A DNA stretch of 64,000 nucleotides, from IMG/VR virus record IMGVR_UViG_3300042934_001067, positions 64,001 to 128,000 of that record, one strand, 5' to 3'. Below, piece by piece: positions 1 through 9,519 of the stretch (positions within the stretch are counted from its first letter, which is position 1; each line of letters opens with the position of its first letter). A program made the translations under genes and the position numbers. The DNA comes from a virus. The notes under the pieces are model-generated. The model searched no databases and had not been told where the DNA came from. It was given only the letters and a program-made list of their open reading frames with translations.

Positions 1-1197
1 GGCGTGGCGGGCGCAGTCGGCGGCAAGGGCGTCGAGTCCCCAGGCGCGGGCGATGCGGCGGGCGGGGCCGACGTCGGCGGTGGGGTCGTGGGCGATGTGG
101 TCGGCGAGGGCGCCCCGGGCGGGGGTGGCGTGCTCGATGTGGGTGATCTTGTAGGTGGTGCCGTTGGGGAAGCTCACGACGCCGTTGTGGTGGCCGCGCA
201 CGGTCTTGGTCCAGTCGACGCGGGCGGTGACGGGGGCGGGGCCCTCGGGGGTGTCGGCGGGGGTGGTGACTTCATGGGAGTCGGCCCACACCAGGGCCGG
301 GCGGCCGGGGACGCGGATGCCGATGCGCTGGGTGCGGATGCCCTGGCGGGCGTGGGCGGTGGTGGCAGCGCGCAGGGGCCCGGCGGTTTCGACGATGCCG
401 GTGTACTCCTGGCCGCGCACGGTGGCGGTGACTGCTGCGCCGACGGGGACGGTGATGTCGCGGGGAGCGGGGGTGTCGTCGTCCTGGGGGGCCGTGGCGG
501 GCTCCTGGGGCCCCTGCTGCGCCTTGTGGGCGGTGAGGGCGGTGCGCAGCTTGGTGAGGGCGGTGCGGGCGCGCTGGGCGGTGGTCTGGGCGGCGTCGAG
601 TTCACGGGCGGCGGCGGGGTCGCGGTCGGCCTCGTCGGCGTTGGAGTCGGCGAGGGTCTCGGCGTACTCGGTGATCATCTTCAGGACCGTGGGGCTGCTG
701 GTGGTGATCTTGGCGGAGTGGCCGTGGGCGGTCTTGCGGAGGGTGGCGGCTTCGTAGGCGAGGCGCAGGGCCTTGCAGTCGGGGTCGTTGTCGTCCTGGC
801 CCTCGACGAGGTTGGTGCCGTCGAACCATGCGCAGAAGTCGGCGGGGAGGGTGACGGACACGGTGGGGGTGGCGGGCACGGTGGGCTCCTCGTGGGCGGG
901 GGCGGGCTTGCGGGTGATGTAGACCATGGCGCAGCCGTGGTAGTCGTCGGGCAGTGCGGAGTAGTCGGAGCACACGGGGACGTACTCGAAGGTGTAGCGG
1001 TCGCCGAGGGCGCTGGTGATCTTGTTGAGGGCGGCGCGGTCGTCGTCGTCGCTGAAGTGGTTCAGGGTGATCACGGCGGGGGCGTCGAAGGTGATGACGT
1101 CCCATCCGTTGGCGGCGCTGCGGTGCTGCTTGCCGAGGATGCGGCCGACCATGCGGCTTACGTCGCTCTTGCGGAGGGGGGCGGCGGTGGTGGTCAT
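1..1197 (-). CDS. Mosaic hypothetical protein, runs off window start (MTTTAAPLRKSDVSRMVG...)
   Basis: ATG at 1197 after GAGGAG; C-rich third positions; open to position 1; absent from the ORF track because no stop lies in the window. Confidence 0.8.
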   Translation of the reverse strand, partial: MTTTAAPLRKSDVSRMVGRILGKQHRSAANGWDVITFDAPAVITLNHFSDDDDRAALNKITSALGDRYTFEYVPVCSDYSALPDDYHGCAMVYITRKPAPAHEEPTVPATPTVSVTLPADFCAWFDGTNLVEGQDDNDPDCKALRLAYEAATLRKTAHGHSAKITTSSPTVLKMITEYAETLADSNADEADRDPAAARELDAAQTTAQRARTALTKLRTALTAHKAQQGPQEPATAPQDDDTPAPRDITVPVGAAVTATVRGQEYTGIVETAGPLRAATTAHARQGIRTQRIGIRVPGRPALVWADSHEVTTPADTPEGPAPVTARVDWTKTVRGHHNGVVSFPNGTTYKITHIEHATPARGALADHIAHDPTADVGPARRIARAWGLDALAADCARHA

Positions 1198-1236
1198 CGT
1201 GGGCTCCTCGGTGCGTTCTCGGCGGGGCGGAGCCCC

Positions 1237-1266
1237 AGCCTAATGCACATCGATATGCATGGGGGC
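1237..1266 (-). promoter_or_regulatory. Promoter/operator cassette copy 1
   Basis: Minus strand: ATGCATATCGATGTGCAT immediately followed by -10 TAGGCT. Confidence 0.8.
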
Positions 1267-1290
1267 GGGAAGGGCCCAATCAAATCAAGT

Positions 1291-1369
1291 CAACGGAATC
1301 CGCACCCCTAGGGGCGAGCCACAACGGATATCGTGGCTCACCCCTAGCGGGTGCACAACGGAATCCGCA
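1291..1369. repeat. 14-bp direct repeats (CAACGGAATCCGCA) flanking an imperfect inverted repeat
   Basis: DR at 1291-1304 and 1356-1369; IR arms about 1302-1322 and 1333-1354. Confidence 0.7.
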
Positions 1370-1370
1370 G

Positions 1371-3077
1371 CTACGCCACCCGGTCACCCGCCGGGCGCAC
1401 CGTGATCATGGTCCCGTCGGTCAACGTCACCCGCAACGCCCCCCGCGCGTGCCGGTGCACCGTCTGCCCGGTGCTCAGAGCCTGGGCCACGAACACCGCC
1501 ACGGCCTCAGCCGCGATCACGTCACCCCCCGCACGCTCCACCCCGGCCGCCGTGGTGACGCTCGCCGACCACACGGCCACCTCGCCCGCCTCACTCATCG
1601 CCCGATCCACCACAGGGCGCAGCGCCTCAACCCGCTCACCCGACCGGTTACACCCCACCAGCGCCCACACGCCCCCCTGAGCAGCCCCCCGGCCCTCCTG
1701 CGGCTCCACGGCCACACGCGGCGCTGCGAGGCGCTCCACGCCCCCCTGAGACGCCTCCACGGACGGCACCCGCCCCCGCCGCGCATCGAACATCCGAAAG
1801 TACTGCTGCGCCCGCCACAACGCCTCAGCCGGACCATTCCCCGACGCCACATCCTCACGGGTGACACCCCCGTACTGCTGCCCCTCCTGGGGCTCCTCGG
1901 CCGCCACAGGCGCGCTCACGGGCTCCTCGGCCGCCTCCAGGTTGCTGGACGCCGACCAGAAGCACACGACCACACGGCCACCCTCCTCGGCCACCCACGC
2001 CACACGCCAATACGCGTTGTCCCACCCCAGCACACGCGCACCCCCCACCACGAGCCGCGCCCCACGCTCCACACGGTTCACCCGCACCGTGGCAGCAGCC
2101 ATCCCGTCCGCGTCGGCCACCTCCCGGGAAAACTCCCTCAGCGTGTCCACGCCCCCACCCTGCCGCTCCTCCTCCAGCACAGCAGCGCAGTACCCGCACA
2201 GGTGACCGCTCTCCGTCTCACGGTGAGGCAAGGAGTCATCCCCCACAGCGTCACAACGGATACACAGGGGCTCCAGATGCGGGGCACGCACGTCAACCGG
2301 AAGAGCATCGCCATGGCGCGCACCGTCCGGCACGAACGTCACCCGCTCCACCCCGTCCGCGTGAACGAACCGATCCGTGATCTTCCCCTTACCAGCCAGG
2401 CACCGCGCACGCACCCCCGGCACCGCCCACACCGCCGGACGCTCCTTCTCCTGCTGCGCCCCCTTGGCCGCGTCAGCAATGGCGCGCCCCATGCGCTTCA
2501 CGTCCCCCTCAGAGACCTGGAACACGTCACGGGCGATTCGCTCCCCCTGCTGCTCCCTGTCCAGCTTGGCCAGGTACGCCCGACCCCGGTCGTTGATCAC
2601 CAGGTACGACAACCACGGGCCCGCATCCGCCGTGTCCGCCATGTCCCGGCGCAGAATGCCGTCCTGAGTACGGTCGTTGTGGTCGACCATGGTCATGCGC
2701 CCCTTGGGATCGGCCGCGCCCTTGCGGAGCAGCTCCACCATGGCGGGCGTCGGCTTGCGGGTGATCTCGACCGCCGGGCGCTCCTCCTGCTGCTGCGCCT
2801 TGCGGGCCGCGCGCTTCTGGGCGTGCGCGGCAACGGCCTCACGCGTCCAGTGCTCGTCGCCCAGGCGGAAGTAAGCGATGCGGTTGCGGACGAACCCGTC
2901 GGCGGCGACGTACCCGGCGCGCTCCCGGTCCCAGCGCCACGCGCTCTTCAGCGCCTCCATACGGTCGAACGCTGCGCCGACCGTGTCAAAGGTCTCGAAC
3001 TGGGGGCCGTCGGCGTCGGGGGTGATGAAGAGCTGTTCACCCTGGGCGTTGTAGGCGCGGAGTTCGGTGCGGTCCAT
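1371..3077 (-). CDS. Mosaic hypothetical protein, 568 aa (wHTH-like module, CxxC pairs)
   Basis: ORF track; SD GAGGAG; QQEERPAV and AAEEP linkers. Confidence 0.8.
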   Translation of the reverse strand: MDRTELRAYNAQGEQLFITPDADGPQFETFDTVGAAFDRMEALKSAWRWDRERAGYVAADGFVRNRIAYFRLGDEHWTREAVAAHAQKRAARKAQQQEERPAVEITRKPTPAMVELLRKGAADPKGRMTMVDHNDRTQDGILRRDMADTADAGPWLSYLVINDRGRAYLAKLDREQQGERIARDVFQVSEGDVKRMGRAIADAAKGAQQEKERPAVWAVPGVRARCLAGKGKITDRFVHADGVERVTFVPDGARHGDALPVDVRAPHLEPLCIRCDAVGDDSLPHRETESGHLCGYCAAVLEEERQGGGVDTLREFSREVADADGMAAATVRVNRVERGARLVVGGARVLGWDNAYWRVAWVAEEGGRVVVCFWSASSNLEAAEEPVSAPVAAEEPQEGQQYGGVTREDVASGNGPAEALWRAQQYFRMFDARRGRVPSVEASQGGVERLAAPRVAVEPQEGRGAAQGGVWALVGCNRSGERVEALRPVVDRAMSEAGEVAVWSASVTTAAGVERAGGDVIAAEAVAVFVAQALSTGQTVHRHARGALRVTLTDGTMITVRPAGDRVA

Positions 3078-3121
3078 CGTGGCTCCTCGTTGCTGCTGCG
3101 TTCTTGGCGGGTACTCCCGCG

Positions 3122-3151
3122 ACCCTAATGCATATCGATGTGCATTGGAAG
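3122..3151 (-). promoter_or_regulatory. Promoter/operator cassette copy 2
   Basis: CTTCCA-ATGCACATCGATATGCAT-TAGGGT. Confidence 0.85.
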
Positions 3152-3478
3152 GCGAACGGCCAAGATCTCTCCCCCGGCCCCGCCCACGCCCCGTCGCTGC
3201 GCCCCGTCGGCCACCCCCTCACGCACGCACACGAGGCAGCGTGGGCCCGGCCCGCATTCGCACCCGTCCCCAGGGCAGTGAACCCGCCTTATATCTGTAC
3301 TAACCACTACATAAAGGCAGGGGCGGGATCACTGTCCCTGCCCCTGCCTCCACTGCTCCCTGCCCCTGGGCTCAGCCGTCCGTCGGCCCCCAGTGGTGCC
3401 CCGTGTAGACGTGCCCCGGGTACCCCTCCTCCACCCTCCTGATATGCCCCTGGTGCGTCGTCGCTCCGCACTTACAGC

Positions 3479-3967
3479 TCATGCCGCCCCCTTCCGTTCC
3501 GTCTCCGTCTCCACCACGCCCACCGACCACGTCAGCAGATACACCCTGAACGCCTCCCCACTGTCCACCGTGCGCGCCTCCAGGTTCGCCCGTGCGGCCC
3601 GCTCAATAGGCTCCAGGGGTTCCGGGAACGTCCAATACCCGTCGAACCTCTCAGCGTCCGGGAAGGGGCTGTAGCGGTTGGGCTTGCTCCACACGTTGGC
3701 GCGGCCCTCAGTGCTGTACGTGAACACCCACTCCTCCCCCTGGGGCGCGGGCGTGCTCTCGTCGGCCAGGATGCTCGTGCGCTCCACCCGGTACAGCGCG
3801 TGGCCGATACGGTTGTCGGTGTCGGCGCGCTCCGCGTCTTCCCGGGAGTCGTGGACAAACCTTGCGAGGGGCGCGTGCCTGCCGTCGTCCGTGAGCGTGA
3901 CCAGTCCCCATGCGGATGAGGGGGTGTCGGCCCACACGTACCGCGTCAGCGTCTCCCCGGTGCTCAC
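3479..3967 (-). CDS. Hypothetical protein
   Basis: GTG overlapping upstream TGA (GTGA coupling). Confidence 0.7.
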   Translation of the reverse strand: MSTGETLTRYVWADTPSSAWGLVTLTDDGRHAPLARFVHDSREDAERADTDNRIGHALYRVERTSILADESTPAPQGEEWVFTYSTEGRANVWSKPNRYSPFPDAERFDGYWTFPEPLEPIERAARANLEARTVDSGEAFRVYLLTWSVGVVETETERKGAA

Positions 3968-4734
3968 CACTCCCACGTTCCGAACACGGTCTTCCCGTTG
4001 ACGCTGATCTCCATGGGCACCGTGCGGTCAGCGTCCTTGCGCGCCTCCGGCCCCTCCACGTCCACGCCGCTCGTGTCCACCGACACGCGCAACGCCCCGT
4101 CCTTGCGGTAGGTGTAGACCTGCACCGTGCCGATCTCGACGCACGGGCGGGTGTTCTCGTCGTGGGGGTTCTGCGGGAGGAAACGCGCGTTGAGGCTGGC
4201 GGCCGTGTCGAAGTCGGCCCCTTCGGGGGCGTGGTCGCCGTAGCCGTCCCACGGGGCGGGCAGACACTCGACACCCCCGTTGGTCAGCGTCTCGTCCAGA
4301 CGCTTCCATGCGGCGGCGAACGCGCTTCCCTCGGGCAGCTCTCCCACGTGGGCGCGCAGCACACGCAAGAGGTCATCGGTCCCCATCTCGTCCAGGGGCG
4401 TGGCGTCCACGTCGTGGCGCTCGATGATCGCCTGCAAGTTGATTGCCTTGATCGCTGCGGCGATGTCGAAGTCACCGACCGCGTCCGTGTAGCCGGGGTC
4501 CGTGTGGTGCATCCCGATGAACTCGTTTCCGGAAAGGGCGATCCCCTCGGGAAGGGCGTCGTCGATGGCGGAGCGGTAGTCGGCGGCGATCCGGTCGAAC
4601 GCGCCCGACTCCTCCATACGCTCGTGCCAGTCGCGCGGCGCGCCGTTCACCGCGTCAGCAATGCTGGCCTCAATGGTGACGTTGTCGCGGTCGCCGTGGT
4701 TGTTCCACGAGCCGTATCCGGTGGTGATCTGCAT
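3964..4734 (-). CDS. Hypothetical protein (MQITTGYGSW...)
   Basis: ATG 4734 after CCCGCCGAGGAGACACACC. Confidence 0.8.
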   Translation of the reverse strand: MQITTGYGSWNNHGDRDNVTIEASIADAVNGAPRDWHERMEESGAFDRIAADYRSAIDDALPEGIALSGNEFIGMHHTDPGYTDAVGDFDIAAAIKAINLQAIIERHDVDATPLDEMGTDDLLRVLRAHVGELPEGSAFAAAWKRLDETLTNGGVECLPAPWDGYGDHAPEGADFDTAASLNARFLPQNPHDENTRPCVEIGTVQVYTYRKDGALRVSVDTSGVDVEGPEARKDADRTVPMEISVNGKTVFGTWEW

Positions 4735-4805
4735 GGTGTGTCTCCTCGGCGGGATGAGATGCGGTGTGGTGGTGTCTGGTCTAGCGGACGGGTCTGACAG
4801 CGGGC

Positions 4806-5594
4806 CTACTGCCACTCGGCGGGGGCAAGCCGCCTCACGACGTTCAGCGGGTGCTCGCTCTTGTACTCGTCGCCGCTGTAGCCGATGGCGAACGGGCCCG
4901 TCGGCTCCACGATGTACACGTGGCCCCCGCTCTGGCGGGCGTAGGCGGCGGCGACGTCCAGGCGGGTGGTGAAGTGGACGTAGCGGCTCTTGGGCCCCTC
5001 GTCGCCCCACGGGTTGGTACGGCGCCCGGCGGTGAGCTGTGCACCCTCACGGAGCCGTCGGCCACCCCCGTGGTACAGCGGGCCCTCGACGGTGAATTCC
5101 CGCTCCACGTACCCGGTGTCCCTGTAGGTCTGCGCGGTGTAGGTGTACGTCGTGGGCGTGTCGGCGGGCTTGGGCGGCTCGATGGCGTCGGCGTCCCGGT
5201 GGGGCTTGTAGCCGCACTGCGGGCACCCGGCCCCCTGGCATTCCTGGCACCTCTTGGCGAGGATCTCTGCCACGTGCCCGGGGTCGGCGCGCTTGCGGTT
5301 CTTCAGGGAGTCCAGGTGGCCCCTGGCGGGCTTGGTGTACCGGCGCACGCTGCGCGACCCCCAGTCGGCGCGGCGCAGCACGGCCACGGTGCCCCTGGGG
5401 GTGTCGTCGTCGCACCACACGCGCACCGTCTTGGCGGTCACGGCGGTCACACGGCCGGTGCGCTCATAGATGCCACGCCCGCCGTAACCGGTCTCCCTGG
5501 TGAGGAATCGCAGGGTGTCACCCTCGGCGACGTCATCGAACGCCACGGCGTCCCACCCCTTCACGCGGGGATCGTCAGGACTGATGAGCGTCAC
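4806..5594 (-). CDS. Multi-module protein with C-terminal Arr-like ADP-ribosyltransferase domain
   Basis: GPLYHG...LTAG...N...VHFTT...A...VYIVEPTG...YKSEHPLNVV matches the motif order I recall for rifampin ADP-ribosyltransferase Arr. Confidence 0.7.
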   Translation of the reverse strand: MTLISPDDPRVKGWDAVAFDDVAEGDTLRFLTRETGYGGRGIYERTGRVTAVTAKTVRVWCDDDTPRGTVAVLRRADWGSRSVRRYTKPARGHLDSLKNRKRADPGHVAEILAKRCQECQGAGCPQCGYKPHRDADAIEPPKPADTPTTYTYTAQTYRDTGYVEREFTVEGPLYHGGGRRLREGAQLTAGRRTNPWGDEGPKSRYVHFTTRLDVAAAYARQSGGHVYIVEPTGPFAIGYSGDEYKSEHPLNVVRRLAPAEWQ

Positions 5595-5929
5595 TTGCTC
5601 CCCCTGGGCTTGAAGCGGTCGGCGACGGCCCAGCGCAGTTCGCGCATGGCCTCACGCTTGTTCGGGATCCGGTCGCCGTAGTTGCGTCCGCACGTGACCA
5701 CCCAGCCGGAGAAATCGGCACCCTCGTAGCGGTAGTGGCGCGTTGCCTCGGCGATCACCTCCACCTCGTACGGGAGGTCACGGTGAAGGATCTTGTCGAG
5801 TGCTTCGGCGGGGTCGACGGCGGGGTCGGACACCCACACGGCGGTCACGATCTTCCCTCCGGCGCTCTCGACGTACGCGACGTTGGCGGCGTCGTACGGG
5901 CGGCGGGCGGGCGTGTCGGCGGTGCTCAC
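5591..5929 (-). CDS. Hypothetical protein
   Basis: ORF track; GTGA coupling on both sides. Confidence 0.75.
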   Translation of the reverse strand: MSTADTPARRPYDAANVAYVESAGGKIVTAVWVSDPAVDPAEALDKILHRDLPYEVEVIAEATRHYRYEGADFSGWVVTCGRNYGDRIPNKREAMRELRWAVADRFKPRGSK

Positions 5930-6225
5930 TGCTGCCCCTCGACAGCGTCCGCGACGGCGGCGAACTGGTCGTCGGTGAATCCGGTCAGCTCAGCCTCGGC
6001 GGTCATCTCCTCGCCCCGGCCGAAGTCGGTGATCTTGGGCTCCTCGGTGACGTACTGCGATCCCCGGTCGTGGCGGGTGCATCCGGCGTTGCGCAGTTCC
6101 TCGGCGGCCCACTGGACGGGGGTGCGGTAGTCGTCGGAGTCGTAGGTGATCTCCTCGACCGCCGGGCGCCCGCGCCCCTCGCGGCTGTGGGGCAGGGTGT
6201 AGGTGCGGGTGATCTTGATCCGCAT
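5926..6225 (-). CDS. Hypothetical protein
   Basis: SD AGGAG, ATG. Confidence 0.75.
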   Translation of the reverse strand: MRIKITRTYTLPHSREGRGRPAVEEITYDSDDYRTPVQWAAEELRNAGCTRHDRGSQYVTEEPKITDFGRGEEMTAEAELTGFTDDQFAAVADAVEGQQ

Positions 6226-6234
6226 GGGTGGCTC

Positions 6235-6600
6235 CTAGGCGTTGTCGGCGGGGCGGACGGGGTAGGCGTGCGCGCTGCGGTACAGGAAGTCCACGGCGCC
6301 GTTCAAGTCGCTGATGCCGTCCCAGTCCCGGCCGTGGTGCTCGTCGTCGCGGATGATGCCCCGGGCGTACTCCAGCCTCAGCGCGTCGGCGGTGCGCACC
6401 GTGGTGATCAGTCCGTCTACCAGGGTGGCGGCCGTGTCGGCGGGGGTGCCGTTGGCGGTGAGTGCTGCCAGCAGCGCCGTGCGGGCCGTGTCGGCGGCCA
6501 CCTGGGCGTCATAGCGGCGGGCGTGCGCGCGGCGGCGGTAGTCGACGGTGATGCTCGCGGGGTCGGTGCGCATCGGCGTGACGTCGGCGGGGTCCAGCAT
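6235..6600 (-). CDS. Hypothetical protein
   Basis: SD AGGAG, ATG. Confidence 0.7.
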   Translation of the reverse strand: MLDPADVTPMRTDPASITVDYRRRAHARRYDAQVAADTARTALLAALTANGTPADTAATLVDGLITTVRTADALRLEYARGIIRDDEHHGRDWDGISDLNGAVDFLYRSAHAYPVRPADNA

Positions 6601-6672
6601 GGCGGGGCGTCTCCTGGGGGCGGTCGGCGGGGGCGCCGGGCGGTGTGGTGGCCCGGCGCCCCGTGGGGGTGG

Positions 6673-8064
6673 CTAGAACGTCGTGGCGGCGGTGAACACC
6701 TGGGCGCGCTGCTCCTCGGTCCAGTCGCCCGTGAGCCGCACCATGGTGAGCGTCTCCTTGGCGCCGTCGTACGGGTCGGTGTAGGTGCCGGACAGCCACT
6801 CGTGCTCGCGCACGGTGTCACCGATGGGGCTCGCCGACGGCTCGGTAACGTCGGTCTTGCTGCGGATGTAGTCGGCGGCCCAGGCGACGGGGTCACCGTC
6901 GTGCGCCTCGATGTCGTCGGCGTCGGCGGTGATTTCCTCGGTGCTGGGCGTCTCCAGCTCCCGCACGTCCCCGTCCAGCGACAGGCAGTCGCCCGTGCAC
7001 TCGTGGTCATCCTCGCCCGCGTAGGCGCACTCCTCGGCCTCGGTGCTCACCACGCGGCGGGTGATCTCCAGGGTGTAGGCGGGCTCCTCGGCGGCCGGGG
7101 TCGGGGTGGCGGGCTTGCGGGTCTTCCGGGCGGGCTTGGCGGGGGCGCGGCGAACGGTGCCCCATTCCGTGGTGATGGCAGCCGTGTCGAGAATGGTGTC
7201 CGTGGTGCCGTCGGGGGCGGTCCACGTGCCATCGGTGAAGGGGAAACGGAGGCCGTTCAGGAACTCGTCGTAGTTGTTGCCGTGGCGCTCCATCACGCGC
7301 CCCTCGCCGGTGACGGTGAAGCGCACGGTGACCGTGCGGGCGGAGCCCGGTCCCTGTCCGATCGGCTCCATACCCATGAACCCGTACCGGGTCTTGGTAA
7401 GGGTGTAGCGGAAGCTGATGCGGTCGCCAGGGCGGACGTCGTGGACGTCAACGGTGTCGGTGTATCCGGCGGCTTCCTCGCGGGCGGTGTGGGCGGCGTG
7501 CTCGGCGCGGGCGGTGTCGGTGCTGGTGATGGACTGGCGGCACCAGCCGTGCGGGTCGGCGGCGGGCACGGCGGCCAGGGCGCGCATCACGGCGTCAGTG
7601 ATGCGGTCGCCGTTGTCGGCGCGGAAGTCCCGCACGGCGGTCTTCAGGGTGTCCGCGTCGGCGTTCCACGGCAGGGAGGGCAGGGCGGCGGCGATGACGT
7701 CGCGGGCGGCGCGGGCGGCCCGCATGGTCGGCAGGGAGTACAGGGTGACGCGAAGGGTGGACGGCTGCGCGATCACGTGCCACTCGCCGCGCTTGACCGG
7801 CTCCGCAAACAGGAACTTCCCGTTGTCGGCGGCCGGGGCGGGCGCGGGGGTCGGCTCCTCGGCCGGGGCGGTGGTGCCCGCGAGGCGGCGGGCGGTGGCC
7901 TTGCCGTCGGCGCTGAGCGTGTAGCCGTTGCCGTCGAAGGTGGCCAGACCCCGGGCGGCCAGGGCGCGGAGGGTGGTCGTGCGGGCGGTGATCATGTGGG
8001 CGTCGTTGGTCAGCGCCTCGGTGAGGGCGGCTTCCATGGTCTTGCTGATCTTTGCGTTCATCAC
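6673..8064 (-). CDS. Mosaic hypothetical protein, 463 aa, N-terminal wHTH-like module
   Basis: TLRALAARGLA...YTLSADGK; PAEEP linkers. Confidence 0.8.
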   Translation of the reverse strand: MMNAKISKTMEAALTEALTNDAHMITARTTTLRALAARGLATFDGNGYTLSADGKATARRLAGTTAPAEEPTPAPAPAADNGKFLFAEPVKRGEWHVIAQPSTLRVTLYSLPTMRAARAARDVIAAALPSLPWNADADTLKTAVRDFRADNGDRITDAVMRALAAVPAADPHGWCRQSITSTDTARAEHAAHTAREEAAGYTDTVDVHDVRPGDRISFRYTLTKTRYGFMGMEPIGQGPGSARTVTVRFTVTGEGRVMERHGNNYDEFLNGLRFPFTDGTWTAPDGTTDTILDTAAITTEWGTVRRAPAKPARKTRKPATPTPAAEEPAYTLEITRRVVSTEAEECAYAGEDDHECTGDCLSLDGDVRELETPSTEEITADADDIEAHDGDPVAWAADYIRSKTDVTEPSASPIGDTVREHEWLSGTYTDPYDGAKETLTMVRLTGDWTEEQRAQVFTAATTF

Positions 8065-8101
8065 ATGCTCCTGGCGGTCGTTCTCGGCGGGTACTCAGGC
8101 C

Positions 8102-8131
8102 AAGCTAATGCACATCGATATGCATTGTCTA
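8102..8131 (-). promoter_or_regulatory. Promoter/operator cassette copy 3
   Basis: TAGACA-ATGCATATCGATGTGCAT-TAGCTT. Confidence 0.9.
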
Positions 8132-8194
8132 GCGGGGTTCGGGAATCCGTCCCACGGGCGCCCGGCGGGCGGGGCCGGGCGCCCGTGGCGGGGA

Positions 8195-9379
8195 TCAGTC
8201 GGCGGGCATCGTGGTCTTCCACCCCTCGACGATGCGCACGCGGCGGCCGTACTTGCGGCGCAGCATGTCTCGCAGCGACGCGAGACCGGTACCGTAGCCG
8301 ATCGCGGGGGCGCCGTTCACGGCGTATTCGTAGGTCCAGCGCCACGCCGGGCCGGGGCGGGCGACTTCCGGGTACAGCCTGGAGCGCGTGATCAGAACGG
8401 CGGGCGTGCCGTCGGCGGCCGGGCCGGGCGGCGCCGGGCACGTTCCCGTGGAGTGCCGAGTGACCCACTCACCCTCGACGTGGACCCGCTCTCCCTTCTC
8501 GGCCGCCACCAGGACGCCGCAGCGCACACACTCCCCCTCGAACCTGTTCCCCTGGGCCGGGCGCCCCGCCTGCGGCTGCTGGGGCTCCTCGGCGGCCGGG
8601 CGCTCCTGGCACTCACCGGGCTTGTGCTGAACGGTCCAGCGGCCGTCAACACGCTCGCGCTCACCCTCGCCCGCTTCGACCAGGGCGCCGCAGTTGCGGC
8701 ACTCGCCCGCGTAGCGGTTGGCGGGGAGCGGCTTGGGTGCGGGGGCGGGCTTGGGCTCCTCGGCCTTGACCGGACGGGGCTTGCGCACGGGTGGGGCCGG
8801 GGGCTCCTCGCCTTCCAGCCATGCGCCCTTGTAACGGCGGGCGATCGCGCGGCGTGCTTCCTCACGGGCGGCCTGCGCCTCGGGGCCGCCGACGGCGTGA
8901 GCGCGAATCGTGTAGATGGTGTGGAACGCGCCTTTGGCCCAGTAGGCGGGGTGGTCGGACGACTCCGACGTCCAGGACTTGCCGTCCTCGAACGTGATCG
9001 CAGCGCGCACGCACGGAACGTCGACGTACTTGTCGTCCTCGACGCCGCGCCCGGTGAACTCCGTCACCTCCACCGTGGCCACCGTGCGCCATGCTGCCTT
9101 GTAGTCCCACGGCTTGTTGCCGCTCACTCCGCCGTGCGCCTGCGACATGATGCGCATGCCGGGCTTGATGTCCCGGACGGCCACGGTCGCGGCGGAGTCG
9201 GCGAGCGCCTTTTCGTACGCTTCGAACGCGGTGCGCCCCCGGCGGGAAAGGCGGACCTTCTTGCCGGAGCAGCTCCAGCACACGTTGCCGTCACGCTCGT
9301 TGTAGGAGTACCGGCCGGTACCGCCGCAACGGCCGCAGGGCTCTTCATCGAAATGGATCTTGACGATGGTTACGGTCAC
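8195..9379 (-). CDS. Mosaic Zn-finger protein (DnaJ-like CxxCGGTG; tandem NRYAGECxxCG repeats)
   Basis: GTG 9379 after GAGGAG; duplicated C-x2-C...H...C module. Confidence 0.8.
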   Translation of the reverse strand: MTVTIVKIHFDEEPCGRCGGTGRYSYNERDGNVCWSCSGKKVRLSRRGRTAFEAYEKALADSAATVAVRDIKPGMRIMSQAHGGVSGNKPWDYKAAWRTVATVEVTEFTGRGVEDDKYVDVPCVRAAITFEDGKSWTSESSDHPAYWAKGAFHTIYTIRAHAVGGPEAQAAREEARRAIARRYKGAWLEGEEPPAPPVRKPRPVKAEEPKPAPAPKPLPANRYAGECRNCGALVEAGEGERERVDGRWTVQHKPGECQERPAAEEPQQPQAGRPAQGNRFEGECVRCGVLVAAEKGERVHVEGEWVTRHSTGTCPAPPGPAADGTPAVLITRSRLYPEVARPGPAWRWTYEYAVNGAPAIGYGTGLASLRDMLRRKYGRRVRIVEGWKTTMPAD

Positions 9380-9417
9380 CGTGTGCTCCTCGTGCTGTCG
9401 TCCTCGGCGGGACCGCC

Positions 9418-9447
9418 AGACTAATGCATATGGATGTGCATTGAAAG
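9418..9447 (-). promoter_or_regulatory. Promoter/operator cassette copy 4
   Basis: CTTTCA-ATGCACATCCATATGCAT-TAGTCT. Confidence 0.85.
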
Positions 9448-9519
9448 CCTGTTGGGGAAGATCTTCGACGCACAGCACCCGGGGCGGGCCGACCGCTCCC
9501 GCCCCGGGTGCTGGCACCC

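Noticed and set aside
4-1311. Long + strand ORFs opposite real genes (also 5743-8391, 13654-15903, 42456-44975, 60126-62852)
   Set aside because: Antisense shadows of high-GC3 minus-strand genes; G/V/A-rich, no SD or motifs
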